From Novakomyces olei (taxonomy: Eukaryota): a stretch of DNA of 64,000 nucleotides. Shown here in pieces: positions 47,821 through 59,070 of the stretch. The position numbers and the translations under genes are program-made. The stretch lies in assembly GCA_016906335.1 (NCBI GenBank), contig JADEYG010000001.1:1364001-1428000 (forward strand). The letters are read 5' to 3'. Within the stretch, counting starts at the first letter, position 1; every line of letters starts with the position of its first letter. The notes below the pieces were generated by a model that was given only the letters and a program-made list of their open reading frames with translations, ran no database searches and was not told the DNA's origin.

Positions 47821-49146
47821 ATAGCATAATGATACTACAGAGTCTCTGATTCATTTCTACATATTTTTAGCTTGCGTAATTCTCAGAGGAGCCGAAACAG
47901 CTACCTCCCAAACTGTTATTATGCAAAATTACTTTAGCACAGTATGGCTTGTGTTTGTTTCGGTATTGCTTTGGTTTATCTGTTTCATTCTTTGAGGACT
48001 TCTCGTAGATTTTCCTTTGGCTTCGTCTTAGCATTTAGTATTCTTGTATTTCATACAGCACAGTTTTTTATTCACGGGGCCCGTGAATATAAATTTTAAT
48101 CGAGTCATTTGGAGCAACATTGCCAAATACGGTATAAGAGTATTATTGCAAAGCTTATGTTTCAATTCCTGGTTTTATTGCACACCTTACATCTCGTTTG
48201 TCTCATCTGGAAGGTAGGCAAGATTTTTAAACTAGCGTGATTTTTTAAGCCTCTAATTTAGTTAAGCGTAAGAGCAAGCGTAAGGTTTTGGGTTTGAGTT
48301 ATGGAGAGATACTGAATTAGCTTACCAGCCCGGTGTATGACCATTTTTTAATTTATGATTCTAAATCCTAGTTTTATATCGTACAATAGGCATCCTTTAA
48401 ATGTGAAAATCTTGATGATGCTGCATAAGAGGGACAGTGTTTGGTTCACATGTTTGCCACATCTTACTAGAAATTAAAAAGTAAAGATGTCTTTGAACAC
48501 CATTATTAGCCACTGGTTTTCAGTTTTGTGGTAAACGAGCAATTGTTGTTTTGTTGGCATTAAGTGCAAGGCGTAGGCTACGTTTCAAAATTAAAAATAT
48601 CGATGAGGTACATCGTGTGAAAATTGCCACAAATAGCAGTCGCTGTCATTTAATCCGAGTTGATTTCATTATTATTTAACTATTTTCCGTCTGAGTCTCT
48701 GATGGCCCTTAACGAAATGACGTTTCATAATTTTTATGCTTCCCATTTTCCAACACGAATCAAAGTAATAAATCAGATAAGGTCCCTAAACATAAGCATA
48801 AAAATGATTCAAATTCTGATTGTTTTAATCCAGAGATCAATCGTAAGACTTTGGCCAATTGCACAGCGGGACGACAGTTTTTGGGTTAGTGCTAGCACTA
48901 TCATAATTTCATACGGATTCACAATGGCAAAAGCTGCAAAATTATATTCAATGCTTAATGACGCTCATCACGATGTGACATGCGGCTTAGTGGAGAAATG
49001 TGTACATACCACCCCTCTCCTAGACGGTATAAATGCACACGAGCCCCCGGCGTTTGAGCATTCATCAGGCTCGAAACCCTGATTATTCCCAGCTCTACAC
49101 TCGTTTAGAAAGCCTACAAAAAGTTTTACTCAATTTATTGTTGACA

Positions 49147-49710
49147 ATGAAGTTTAATGCTTTGGCCGCCGGTTCAGCTCTCTCTTTGCTGAACCTTATC
49201 AAAGCCGCTCCAAAAGAAAAAGTCGAGTACTTTCAATTGACTGCGCATATTGAAGATCGTTCTGGCCAGTTGCCTATCGGAGGCAAAAACGAAATTGCTG
49301 ACCGGAATATCATTTTTCACGGACTTGGTGGAGTATTTGCGATGCAAGATGGTAAAATCTACGAGAAACGAAGAGGGGAAACTAACAAATATTATTTGAG
49401 CCTTGGATCGGGTTTATCAACAAAACTCCCCGAAGCTAGCTGCCTGTATTCCTCACTGAATTCCTATGGTCCTTCTACACTTGCCATCGATGAGGCAGGA
49501 AAGCTGACGGTCAATGGCTCTTCGAATGGATGGCTGGCTTGCCACGATATCGGCGATCCTCACGATCACACGGGCGAGGCGATTTTCTATGATAGTCATG
49601 GCATCAACTCGTCAAAATGTTGCCCTATAAGTATTGAGGTAACGTGGTTTTCACGTGGTTTCAACAGAACAACTTCACCAAGAGGCACGAAGGACAATGC
49701 GGCTTTATAA
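49147..49710 (+). CDS. Small secreted, probably cell-wall-associated, protein
   Basis: Signal peptide MKFNALAAGSALSLLNLIKA-AP. Beta-rich body with G.LTVNGS..GWLAC and a C-terminal C.PI.I pattern typical of fungal wall proteins. Confidence 0.65.
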   Translation: MKFNALAAGSALSLLNLIKAAPKEKVEYFQLTAHIEDRSGQLPIGGKNEIADRNIIFHGLGGVFAMQDGKIYEKRRGETNKYYLSLGSGLSTKLPEASCLYSSLNSYGPSTLAIDEAGKLTVNGSSNGWLACHDIGDPHDHTGEAIFYDSHGINSSKCCPISIEVTWFSRGFNRTTSPRGTKDNAAL

Positions 49711-50564
49711 AATAGCACTGGGCAATAGTTTGAGATTTATATACAATTGATCAAAAGTGGAGACGGAGCCCGTCTATATTTGCTTACTTTATCCCGCCAT
49801 CAAACCTGGGCAAATGGGACTTCGTTTATAAGGCATTTTCTAGTTTTATTTTCATTTGTGATTTAATGAATATAACTTCGTCTTTGTACTCGCTGTTCAG
49901 ATGGCGACCTAAACGTAAATACTGCTTTGATTGTAGACGACTTGTCAACCCCGCAGTTATAAAGACAAACGTTATGCTATCATTGTTTTAGATTCTCTCA
50001 ATCAAAAATAATCTCTAAGCAGAGCTAGCCACGTGGCACGGAATACTTGTACCACAGTTTTCTTCGCCTCCTCGAGCTCAACACTTCAGCTGCGTCTCGC
50101 TACTGCCCATGAAGGCTTTTAAAAGAGCACAGTGACCCCACAAAGCACAGCGACCCTCGTGTCTGGAGACCAATTTTGCACGTGACTTTACCGTATATGG
50201 GTTGTTTTATGTCAGTATCACTAAACGTAATTTCCTAAACGGGACAAAAGGAAAATTTGTAGAAAAGTTATTTGATACGCGAATTTATTCCAGTCCAAGA
50301 CGGTATTGGCATAGTAAGACTGCTTTTTAGTTTCTCCAATCTACACTATTCTCATCGACCAAAAGAAAACGATTACTGAATGGTATAATCAAGCAACACA
50401 TTTATTATTCACGCACTATCCCTCCATGTTGGCCACATACAATAATGGCTTACTGCAGCGAACATTGCTTGGACACTATACACACACGATTGAGGAACGC
50501 GGTGGATCCACGAATTGCACACAAAACTCGACAAGGGCACTTAGCGCTTACTATTCCCTCGAGC

Positions 50565-51378
50565 ATGGCTTCATCAGGCGCGCGCAAATTCGTAAAGCTC
50601 ACGCAGGAAAATTCAAGCTGGTTTTGGGATGCGTTTAAGCGGATCTTTACGCTGGTGCCTGAGCGGTCGAGCGGTATCACACTAAACGATCGTTTTCGAG
50701 TACCGCCTCCGGGATCGCGGCCGGAAAAGTACGAAGAGCCTCTTACGATTCCCGCGGGTGATTTGGCAGACAATCCTTTCTGGAAAAGAGACCCGCGCCG
50801 TCACTATCCCAAAACAAGCGTGATTACACAGAAAACCCTGGCCGGCCTGCTTACTTTTGGCTCTGAGGCCACTCCAAAGTACTGCTCTCTGCTTCACATC
50901 GCCAGTATTGACATATTTTTTTTTTAGGATTTCCGCTGGTGATGCTGGGAAAAACGAGCTGGCCACTGTAAGCGACCTGTCCTTGAGCACTGTTTTGTCT
51001 GAAGAGGCCAAAGCCACGGCATTGGCAAAAGCCGTGCTCTCTCCGGCGGGTCAGCCGCCATTGCCGGCCGCCAAAGAGTACAAGTGGAAAATCGATACTG
51101 ATTCCGGATACCCACCAGGTTTGTTTGATCACTTTTCACGTTTCCTTCAAGTTTGTGCTCCCATGGCAGCCGTATACATCATCATGACATACAGCCGTCG
51201 TCAACGCTGTTTGTTAAAAGTGCTTGTTAACGATTCCTACTTTCTCCCCCATTGGTCTTGTGGCGCTTTGATTTGTTATATTTTTTTTTTCGTTTCATTT
51301 ACGTGCCGCTGTCTCCTATATTTTGTTTCCTGTGGTTCTAACTTCTGTTTAGAGTACAACGTGAGAATGTTCAAATAG
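50565..51378 (+). CDS. Complex I accessory subunit, NDUFA7/NUZM (21.3 kDa)-like
   Basis: Introns 50879-50927 and 51119-51352. PERSSGI.LN..FR.PPPG and PAGDLADNPFWKRD.RR.YP motifs; C-terminus YPPEYNVRMFK. Confidence 0.82.
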
Positions 51379-51889
51379 CTCTTCACAAGGGCACGCGTGG
51401 TGAGCTAAAGCCTAGCCGGAATGCAGTCTGTTTCGTCGTCATTTTGTAGATTGAATACGTAAATTTAACTCCGCAATACAAACTTGTTTTCCGTATGCGC
51501 TGCAGAAATTTGGGATGGGAACGTATAAGATCCCGTTGCAATCACTAAAAGATGGCAAGAACTAATAATGAAATTAAGAGCTACGAGTATTTATGCTCCA
51601 CGGATAAGCGTATCTAGACTGCCATTGCCTTTGTACAGACGAGAATATAGTGCCCACGGGCGGTTTGTTACACGCTCATCCATCGGTTATATTAAACCAT
51701 ACATTACTACTGTCTAGGCGCTCGCTCATATTAAGTCTTTTCCACTATACACTTATTCTAGTATTGGTGTACGATTACTCTGCTGCTATTATTGACTATC
51801 TGCAACACGTAAATATTAAGCTAAACTGCTCGCCAGAAAGACCGTATCTCCACGTTTGCTATCAATGAGGAGACGCGTTTCCCTGTGAA

Positions 51890-54800
51890 ATGGACGTGGA
51901 CACTGAGGTGGTAGCGGGTTCTGAACGTGACCCGCTTTTAAATGCAGGAAATGTGTCGCGCCTCGATAATATACCCGTATTTACAGTTGTCCACACAGTT
52001 CGAGAAATTGTATCCTCAACCTTGGATACGAGTCTCACTTGGGAGCAATTACGTTCGCCACAGATCAATTCGTATGCAGAAATTACCAGATTGCCTTTTT
52101 CTTTTCGAATTTTGTTTCTGACTCTTTCTTTTTTTTTTTTTCAATTTGTTTTGTCGAATTTGGCTGTCGGAATTTGTTTTCCTCAATTTTTAAATCTCTT
52201 GCTTTATATGTACCCGACCTTTTTCCCAATTGTCGCTCCATCCCAATTTCCGCTCTTTCCAAACTTTAGCCATGTTCCTTACTAACGCCCAGATTTCTCG
52301 TGAGACCTGCTCTTGACAGACTGCTAGAGATCAAGAATCCGGCGACAGTATACGCACTGCTGGCTAATCAGGTCCAGTTTCAAAATGAATCGACCATTTC
52401 TGCCGCAAGGACGGGCACACTCTCTACACGCGCAATGCTATGTGAGCTGCTGGCAATGAAGCTGCTGAAGGAATACGCGTCTCGCGAGCTGGCATGTACA
52501 GTTGTACGATTTAATTTGCTAATACCCAGATTGATGTCCTTAGCTTTGATTTTTGGCCTCTGCGTGGAGAGCCCTCGCTCAAGCACAAACGCGTACCGCC
52601 TCGAGCTACTCGTATTTCTGCCCTTGAAATAGCTATTCGAGCAGAAGCCAAACACTTTCTTGCTCATCCTATGGTTGTAAATATTTTGGAACACATCTGG
52701 AATGGAAATATAATGTTTTACTCGGCCTACGATAAATTGGAGTACCCGCGCCAGGGACAAACTAAAAATGCTACAATATACGATCCCAGGGACGCCAGTA
52801 TTTTCAAGTTGAGCCGTCTGCGTGTACCGCTCTACCGGCATTTAATGCAAACTGGCAGCTTTGCTATATTACTGGCTCTAGTCCTGGCAACTCTGCTGGA
52901 GCGTAGCCCCAGAATGACTGCACTTGAACTCACAATGTGTCTTTGGGCCGTGGGGTTTATGCTGGACGAAGTGGTCGGCTTTTCTGAATCAGGCGCTCAC
53001 CTGTACGTGCTGAATCTCTGGAATATTTTGGACTTGGGCATCTTGCTAGTTTTTATCATCTTTTTAGCGCTAAGGGCGTACGGCCTTTTACGATCACAAA
53101 ACGATTACTTTCAACTCTCGTATGACTTACTTGCCACGAACGGAATTTTTCTTTTTCCACGGCTGTTTACGGCACTGGACCATCAACGCTATTTTAGCCA
53201 AATGCTAATCAGCTTTCGACGCATGGCCAGCGATCTACTGTTCAGTATGCTGTTCATAGTAATATTCTTTTCCGGATTCTGGATTGCTTTCACTCTTGCC
53301 TTTGGCCGAGATTATTACAGGCCCACAGAGGTTGCGTTCCGCCTTATGCAGATCTTCGTCGGTTTTACTCCCGCCGCCTGGGATATGCTGAGTGTGTATA
53401 ATATGCTGGGGAAATTTCTGCTTCTCCTGTTTGTTACTCTATCCCATTTTTTGGTTGTGACTATTCTCGTGTCCGTCCTTTCCAACACTTTTGCAGAGGT
53501 ACGGGAAAATGCGTATGAGGAGCATCAGTACCTATTCGCTGTGAACACGATTAGCAGTGTGAAATCCGATTCCCTGTTTCTTTACCAATCGCCTTTCAAT
53601 CTAATCGAGTGGGCTATTCACCCCTTAATCTACACGATGCCGCATCGCAATTTTATTATTTTAAACCGGACGATGATCAAGTTTACACATTTACCTCTTT
53701 TATTCTGCATTTACGTGTACGAAAGATTTTACCTATCTCAATTACAATCTTTTGCCTTTGAAGTTGATGCTGCTGGCCCTAATCAGCGGCAACAGCAGCA
53801 ATTAACAATGCGGTCCGTTAGTGAAATGCCAGGTGCTTCGTTGCCTAGTATTAGTCGACTGTCCAGCTATGCTTTGCTGCCTCGGAAACTTCGCCGGGAG
53901 TCGACCAGCAGTCAAAACCGTGAGGATGTAATGGCTGCAGTGTTCCGAATTGCACCGAATGCCGCTTCCTCTGGCACTGCATCGGCTCTACCATCTGGGC
54001 TTGCAAGTTTTGCTACGGAAAACAATGAAGGCGAACGGCGCGACGAGTACAACAACGGCAATACTCCGATTCACCATGGAAGATCAAGACAAAAAGCGGA
54101 AGCCTCGTCGCCCCATTCACGGCATCGGCACAGGAGCAATATGGGTAAAATGCCGGCTGTCCCTTCTACCATTGCAGGCGTTCGGCAGAGGGGTATAAGC
54201 AATGTTAGAGCCGTGAACAATAGTCCCTATGGTAGTCCTGTCATGCCGTACAACAACTATTACAAGCCTGGTTTGAAACAGCAGACAATCTATGAGTCTG
54301 ACGACCGGCAGGAACACGGCCAGAGTCGTTACAGGACCGGGTTCCAGGACAGAGCAGTTGCATCTAGTTCTGTAGCAAAGTCAAGAAAGCCAAGAGCAGT
54401 AGCCGGACAAAGTTTAATCGGCGGAGAGGGCAGAGACGGAGGACAAAGCGATCGACAACAGAACGATCAGGAGCCGCAGCAGCATGAGCAAGACAGTGGC
54501 AGCGAGGGGGAAGCTTTGCTTGAAGAGAGCAGCAGTGACAATGCACTTTTTAGCGAAAACCAAGACACTAACCCTGAAGATGATGGGTACATTGCCACGG
54601 GGAACGATTCAGAATACTTGTCTGAGCCCACTGGCACTGTAACTGGACAAGAACCTGCACAGGCTTTCCATGAACAGCGTACAGGCCGAAAAGTTCAGGA
54701 TAATGTACCGTCCTCCTTTGATGACAACGGCAGTTATTCAGGCACTCCTTCTTCGTGGTTTGGCACAGCGGAAACCCAGAGTGTCTTTGAGGATGCAGCA

Positions 54801-55244
54801 GAACTGGACCACGGAAATCGTTCACAGTCTACTCCTAATTTTGAGCATTTGCCGCGCACGGGTAAAGCGCATGGAAAGCACGGATCCTTTGCCGGGTCGT
54901 CTACACATACAATTAGGGTGGCAGATTTTCCAGAGATGGGCGCAGAGTCAGGTTCGTCGCCAATCAAACAAAAAACTGGCAGTGCCAGACATTACACATC
55001 CAAGCCGAGGCAGTTTGGACCGGGGCCTGTCGGTGCGGGCGATGGCAGCCGTCCTGTAAGGTACGGATTGGGCCGACCTGCAAGGTCCGGCAGTCTCACT
55101 TCGCAACTCGCCTTTATGGATGAAGGCGCTGGAGAATCCCGGCATTCTGTTGCGCGCCTGGAGGCTCTTGCTGAAAGCATGAATGACCGTCTGGCTGCAT
55201 TGGAGAATTTGATTGTCAGCATGAATCAGAATAATACAAAATAA
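51890..55244 (+). CDS. TRP/Yvc1-like cation channel
   Basis: Introns 52072-52292 and 52492-52529 (GC-AG). Motifs LSRLRVP.YR, WNILD, six-TM core and VSVLSNTF, PFNL, then a long disordered tail with a terminal coiled coil. Confidence 0.85.
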
Positions 55245-55483
55245 TTGGGAAGGGCATAAAAGAACTGCGTTATAGCGAAATTTAAATGGCGAAATTGAAG
55301 TAGCGAAATTGAAGTAGCGAAATTGGAGATGAGGGTAAACAGGTTGAAGAATGTCTGCAGGATAGCTTAATGGGATGAGATAAGGAGAAGGGAAACGTTC
55401 ATGTCAGTATTCAGACGATGCCAATTTACGAGCAAATGTTTTATTGCAAGTTATATTTAAACTAATCCGCAAATTAAATTACA

Positions 55484-56591
55484 TTATAGTTTGGGCTTGG
55501 TAACTTCAATCTTGCGATTCTCGCCAGAAACAGTAACCTTTTTCGTACCAGACTCAAGACCGCGCTTGTGGACTTTGCCTTCACTATCACGCTGGATTCC
55601 AAGTTCAATCAGTTTCGCAAAAGCTGCAGAAAAGTCTCGATAGAACAAATCCTTGTCTTTTGCATATTTCTCAACCCAGGGCCTGAAATTGGGATCTTTT
55701 ATTAGCGACATGTCAGATGGCAGCATCATTAGCTGTCCGTCATCGTCCCCATACTGTAACTCTCCAAACTCATTCTTGCTCAATTTCCAGTCTTCATGCA
55801 AGAGCAATTTAAAATACGTGTTTGAAAAGCGTGTAGGCGACGGTACCCATGGCCCCTCAAATCCGCTCCGATCTCCGTGACAACGGCCTGAGTAGTTTTT
55901 AGAATGTTATTCCTTTATTTCTTCAGCCCTTTTCTCTTTGAGGTAGGCATTTCTACTTTTTCAGCTTATATTGACTTACCCAAATTATGAGCTCCAGAGA
56001 GTGCAACAATTTCTTGATCGCCAAACCCCATGCGGTAGAAGATGTTCCGTAAATGATCAGCACCCTTTGCACCATCAGGCAGACGGCCGTTGGGTGGGAC
56101 ACTGCTGTCGTCGGTCTCGTCTAAACGCCCAAACTTTATGGGGATATCAGGTCCGCCCATAAATTTAACAGCTTCAACGCCTGCCAGACACCACAGGTCG
56201 CCATAAGAGAGCCAAGGAAACTTTTGCTTGATCGGATCAAGAAACCGTCTTGCGTGCTCCAGACCATTGTTTGCCGGATCAGAAGCTGAGATAAGCGCAC
56301 TGCTCCAGTGACCAACAAGTATACTAAAGGCAATGTAAAATAAAAAGGATTAAAAGAGAAACGCATACCTTCTACGGCGAATCGCATAGTTGCACCGTTG
56401 CTGCCACCGGTATTCGTTTCTTTATCAAACGTTCCAGAGGCGTGCCTCCTCCATTAGTATAAGCGCCTTTAAATAATGTACCAAGCCAGCCGGACAAGCA
56501 CTGGCCCACATGAGCCATCGTCATAGCCCGGCTGCGGAATTATCTCCCTAATCGCTGCTCGAACTGCTCCATAATCGTGATTGCCTGTCAT
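55484..56591 (-). CDS. Cytochrome c peroxidase-like heme peroxidase (class I) with PTS1-like -PKL
   Basis: Introns 56446-56481, 56286-56368 and 55888-55979. Motifs [37 protein letters not shown] and LMMLPSD. Confidence 0.92.
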
Positions 56592-56826
56592 GTTTAGGGC
56601 AGAGTGACTGGACGCGCGGGATGTCCGGGGTACCAGCGCTATATATTAATATACGTTGGGGTATTTCGACATGTAATAAATAGGTGAGTGTGCCTAAATG
56701 GTTAAGGAAGGTTAAGGTGCGATGATTACTGGACAAGTTATATGGGCCATGTTAGGCACACGGGGCCCGTCTATTTTCACCCGAATTATACAATTTATAC
56801 GAACACGCCATTCTAAACAGTATGGG

Positions 56827-56853
56827 GACGCGCTAATTGCAATACCGACGCGT
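56827..56853. promoter_or_regulatory. MCB-like elements upstream of MCM10
   Basis: ACGCGT 56848-56853 and ACGCG 56828-56832 lie just upstream of the ATG of a replication gene. Confidence 0.55.
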
Positions 56854-56865
56854 TAAATAATCGAT

Positions 56866-58784
56866 ATGGAGTGGCCTCCTCGGTCACCGCAGCGCGTCAA
56901 GGCCAATTTTAGGCGCGCAAATGGTGGCACAGATTCTGATTTACGTAGCCAGCATGGTATTATTTATTTATTTATTTTTTAATTTATTTTTTTCTTTTTC
57001 AATCTCTTTCTGCAAGTGAAATCCGTGATTAAACTTAACAGAGATGCTGCAACGGCAATTGAACGCTGTCCAGGAAAAAATCGCCCTGCGCGCAAAGCAG
57101 CACGACCAAAAATCTGCTCGAATACAAGCTCCGAGCACTCCAAAGCGAGACCGCGCGCAAGTGACCCAGAGTCCTCTTGCAAGTCCGTTAGGCCGTGATA
57201 CCAAGCGCAGTCCTAGGCGGCAATTACTGGGCATCGATAAAGGTTTGACGGGAAAGGACGTCTCCCTACGCCGACCGAATGCCACATCTTTTGTTGAAAG
57301 ACTCAAGGATTCACGTGCTTGCCACAATACACATCGGCAAAAGCAGTCGGCGCAATTACGACGGGAGAAGGCATCTTTTACTACTAAGTATGAGCCTGAT
57401 TCAGAGCAAAGCGAAGGCACTTTTAAGGAAGCAACTAAACTGACAAAGTTACGATTGTCCCGTCAATTGCTGCCGGATACCGTTTTACGTCAGGAAATGA
57501 GTGACAAGACCGTTTACACACTTCACGAGTTTCTCAGCCAAGTTCATGCTCCTGAGTTTGAGCCTCCAGATACAGATGGAGATTATGTGCTAGTCGCAGC
57601 AGTCGCCTTTAAAACAGCCACAAAAGAGACTGAGCGTCGAGCAAACGAGTCTCAGAGCAATTATTGTACTCTAGTTCTTACAGATTTGCAACTAGAAGTG
57701 CCCTTGTTCTTGTTTGGTCGCGCGTTTGAGCGGTATTACAGGCTCCAGCCTGGTGATGTTATTGCAGTGCTCAACCCTTCAATTGCAAAACCTAAAATTG
57801 GACTCAGTGGCACGGCTATGGGACTTAAAGTGTCAGAAGAATGCGATACTATTCTCGAGATTGGCAAGGCAAAAGATCATGGGTTTTGTAGCGCAATGAC
57901 TCGGGAAAACAAGCGATGCACGGCATGGGTAGATACAAGAAAGACGGATGTTTGTGAATTTCATTTAGACATTGGTCTCAGCAAAGCGCGGTCTAGCAGA
58001 ATGAACTTGCAGGGGTACTATTGTTGATTTTGCTCTAGTTTTTTTAGTGTAATAGATGGATTATCTAGTTTTTTCATCTTTTTAATTCTTATTTATTCAA
58101 ACTGATCTGGTAAACAGTACCGGTGCGGGAGGAAGGCCTTCCGGCATGAAGGTCACTATGCGAGGCAGTGGCAGGGGACGTGGTGCTGGCCGTAATCAGT
58201 CTGGTCGCAGCACGGATGCAAACAACGATACATCACACCGAATATTTGATTATGGAGGAGGAACAGTTTACGGTGCCAATAAAATGGAGGTCAATAAATT
58301 ATTGTATGACGAACCAGCGCAGTTGACACCGGACGAACACAGAGAGCGTTTACGACGACAGCATGAACAGGCAGAGGTGGAACGAAACATTCTTCGGCAA
58401 TTAAATAAGCAAAATGTTCATTCAACCGCTGCTACTTACCTTGGATTCGAGGATTCCTATGAAGATAGCACTGATCGGGACTCTGGACGATTTCGGCCTT
58501 TTTCCTCTGCCAGTTTACGCAGAATTGGCTTTGATCCAACCTTAAAAAGCGCATCACAACAGCAGCAAATGAAACTAGTAGAGTCTATCGAGCAAACAAC
58601 AGTATCAAACGATGCCGCCCAATTTGGGAGAAAGGCTCTGGTCGGTGACGAAGAGGTTAAACTTGATATTCACTTGAGCCCGGTAAAGAAACGGAAAATA
58701 GTGGGAGTCGGTGCGGGGAAATTTGGGGCCGAGAAAATTAGGATGGAAGGGAGCGATGATTCTGATGATCTAGAGATTATTTGA
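56866..58784 (+). CDS. MCM10: Replication factor Mcm10/Cdc23
   Basis: N-terminal MEWPPRSP. Introns 56957-57041 and 58015-58117. OB-fold (LTDL..V.LFLFG.AF..Y..L.PG.VIAVLNP) and CCCH zinc finger (C...C.AWV.......CEFH). Confidence 0.9.
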
Positions 58785-59070
58785 GACAAAGAATGAATGA
58801 ATGTACAAAGTCTATACAAAGAAGTAAATCGAAATGGCCCTAGGTGGAGGCTTGGGATAATTGGGAGATATTGACAACACAATTTTCACTATAAAAGACG
58901 ACTAACAATATTCGAAAAAATTGAATTATAAGCAAACCACAATTAGACATTATTAAAACAACAGCAAAAATCCGCTTGTAAAAAGATTGGAACGGTGTTA
59001 TTCAGTCAAAGCGATTAATTCAGCATGCGCACGTGCCAATTAAGACAAGCAAACAGCGGCTATGATATGT

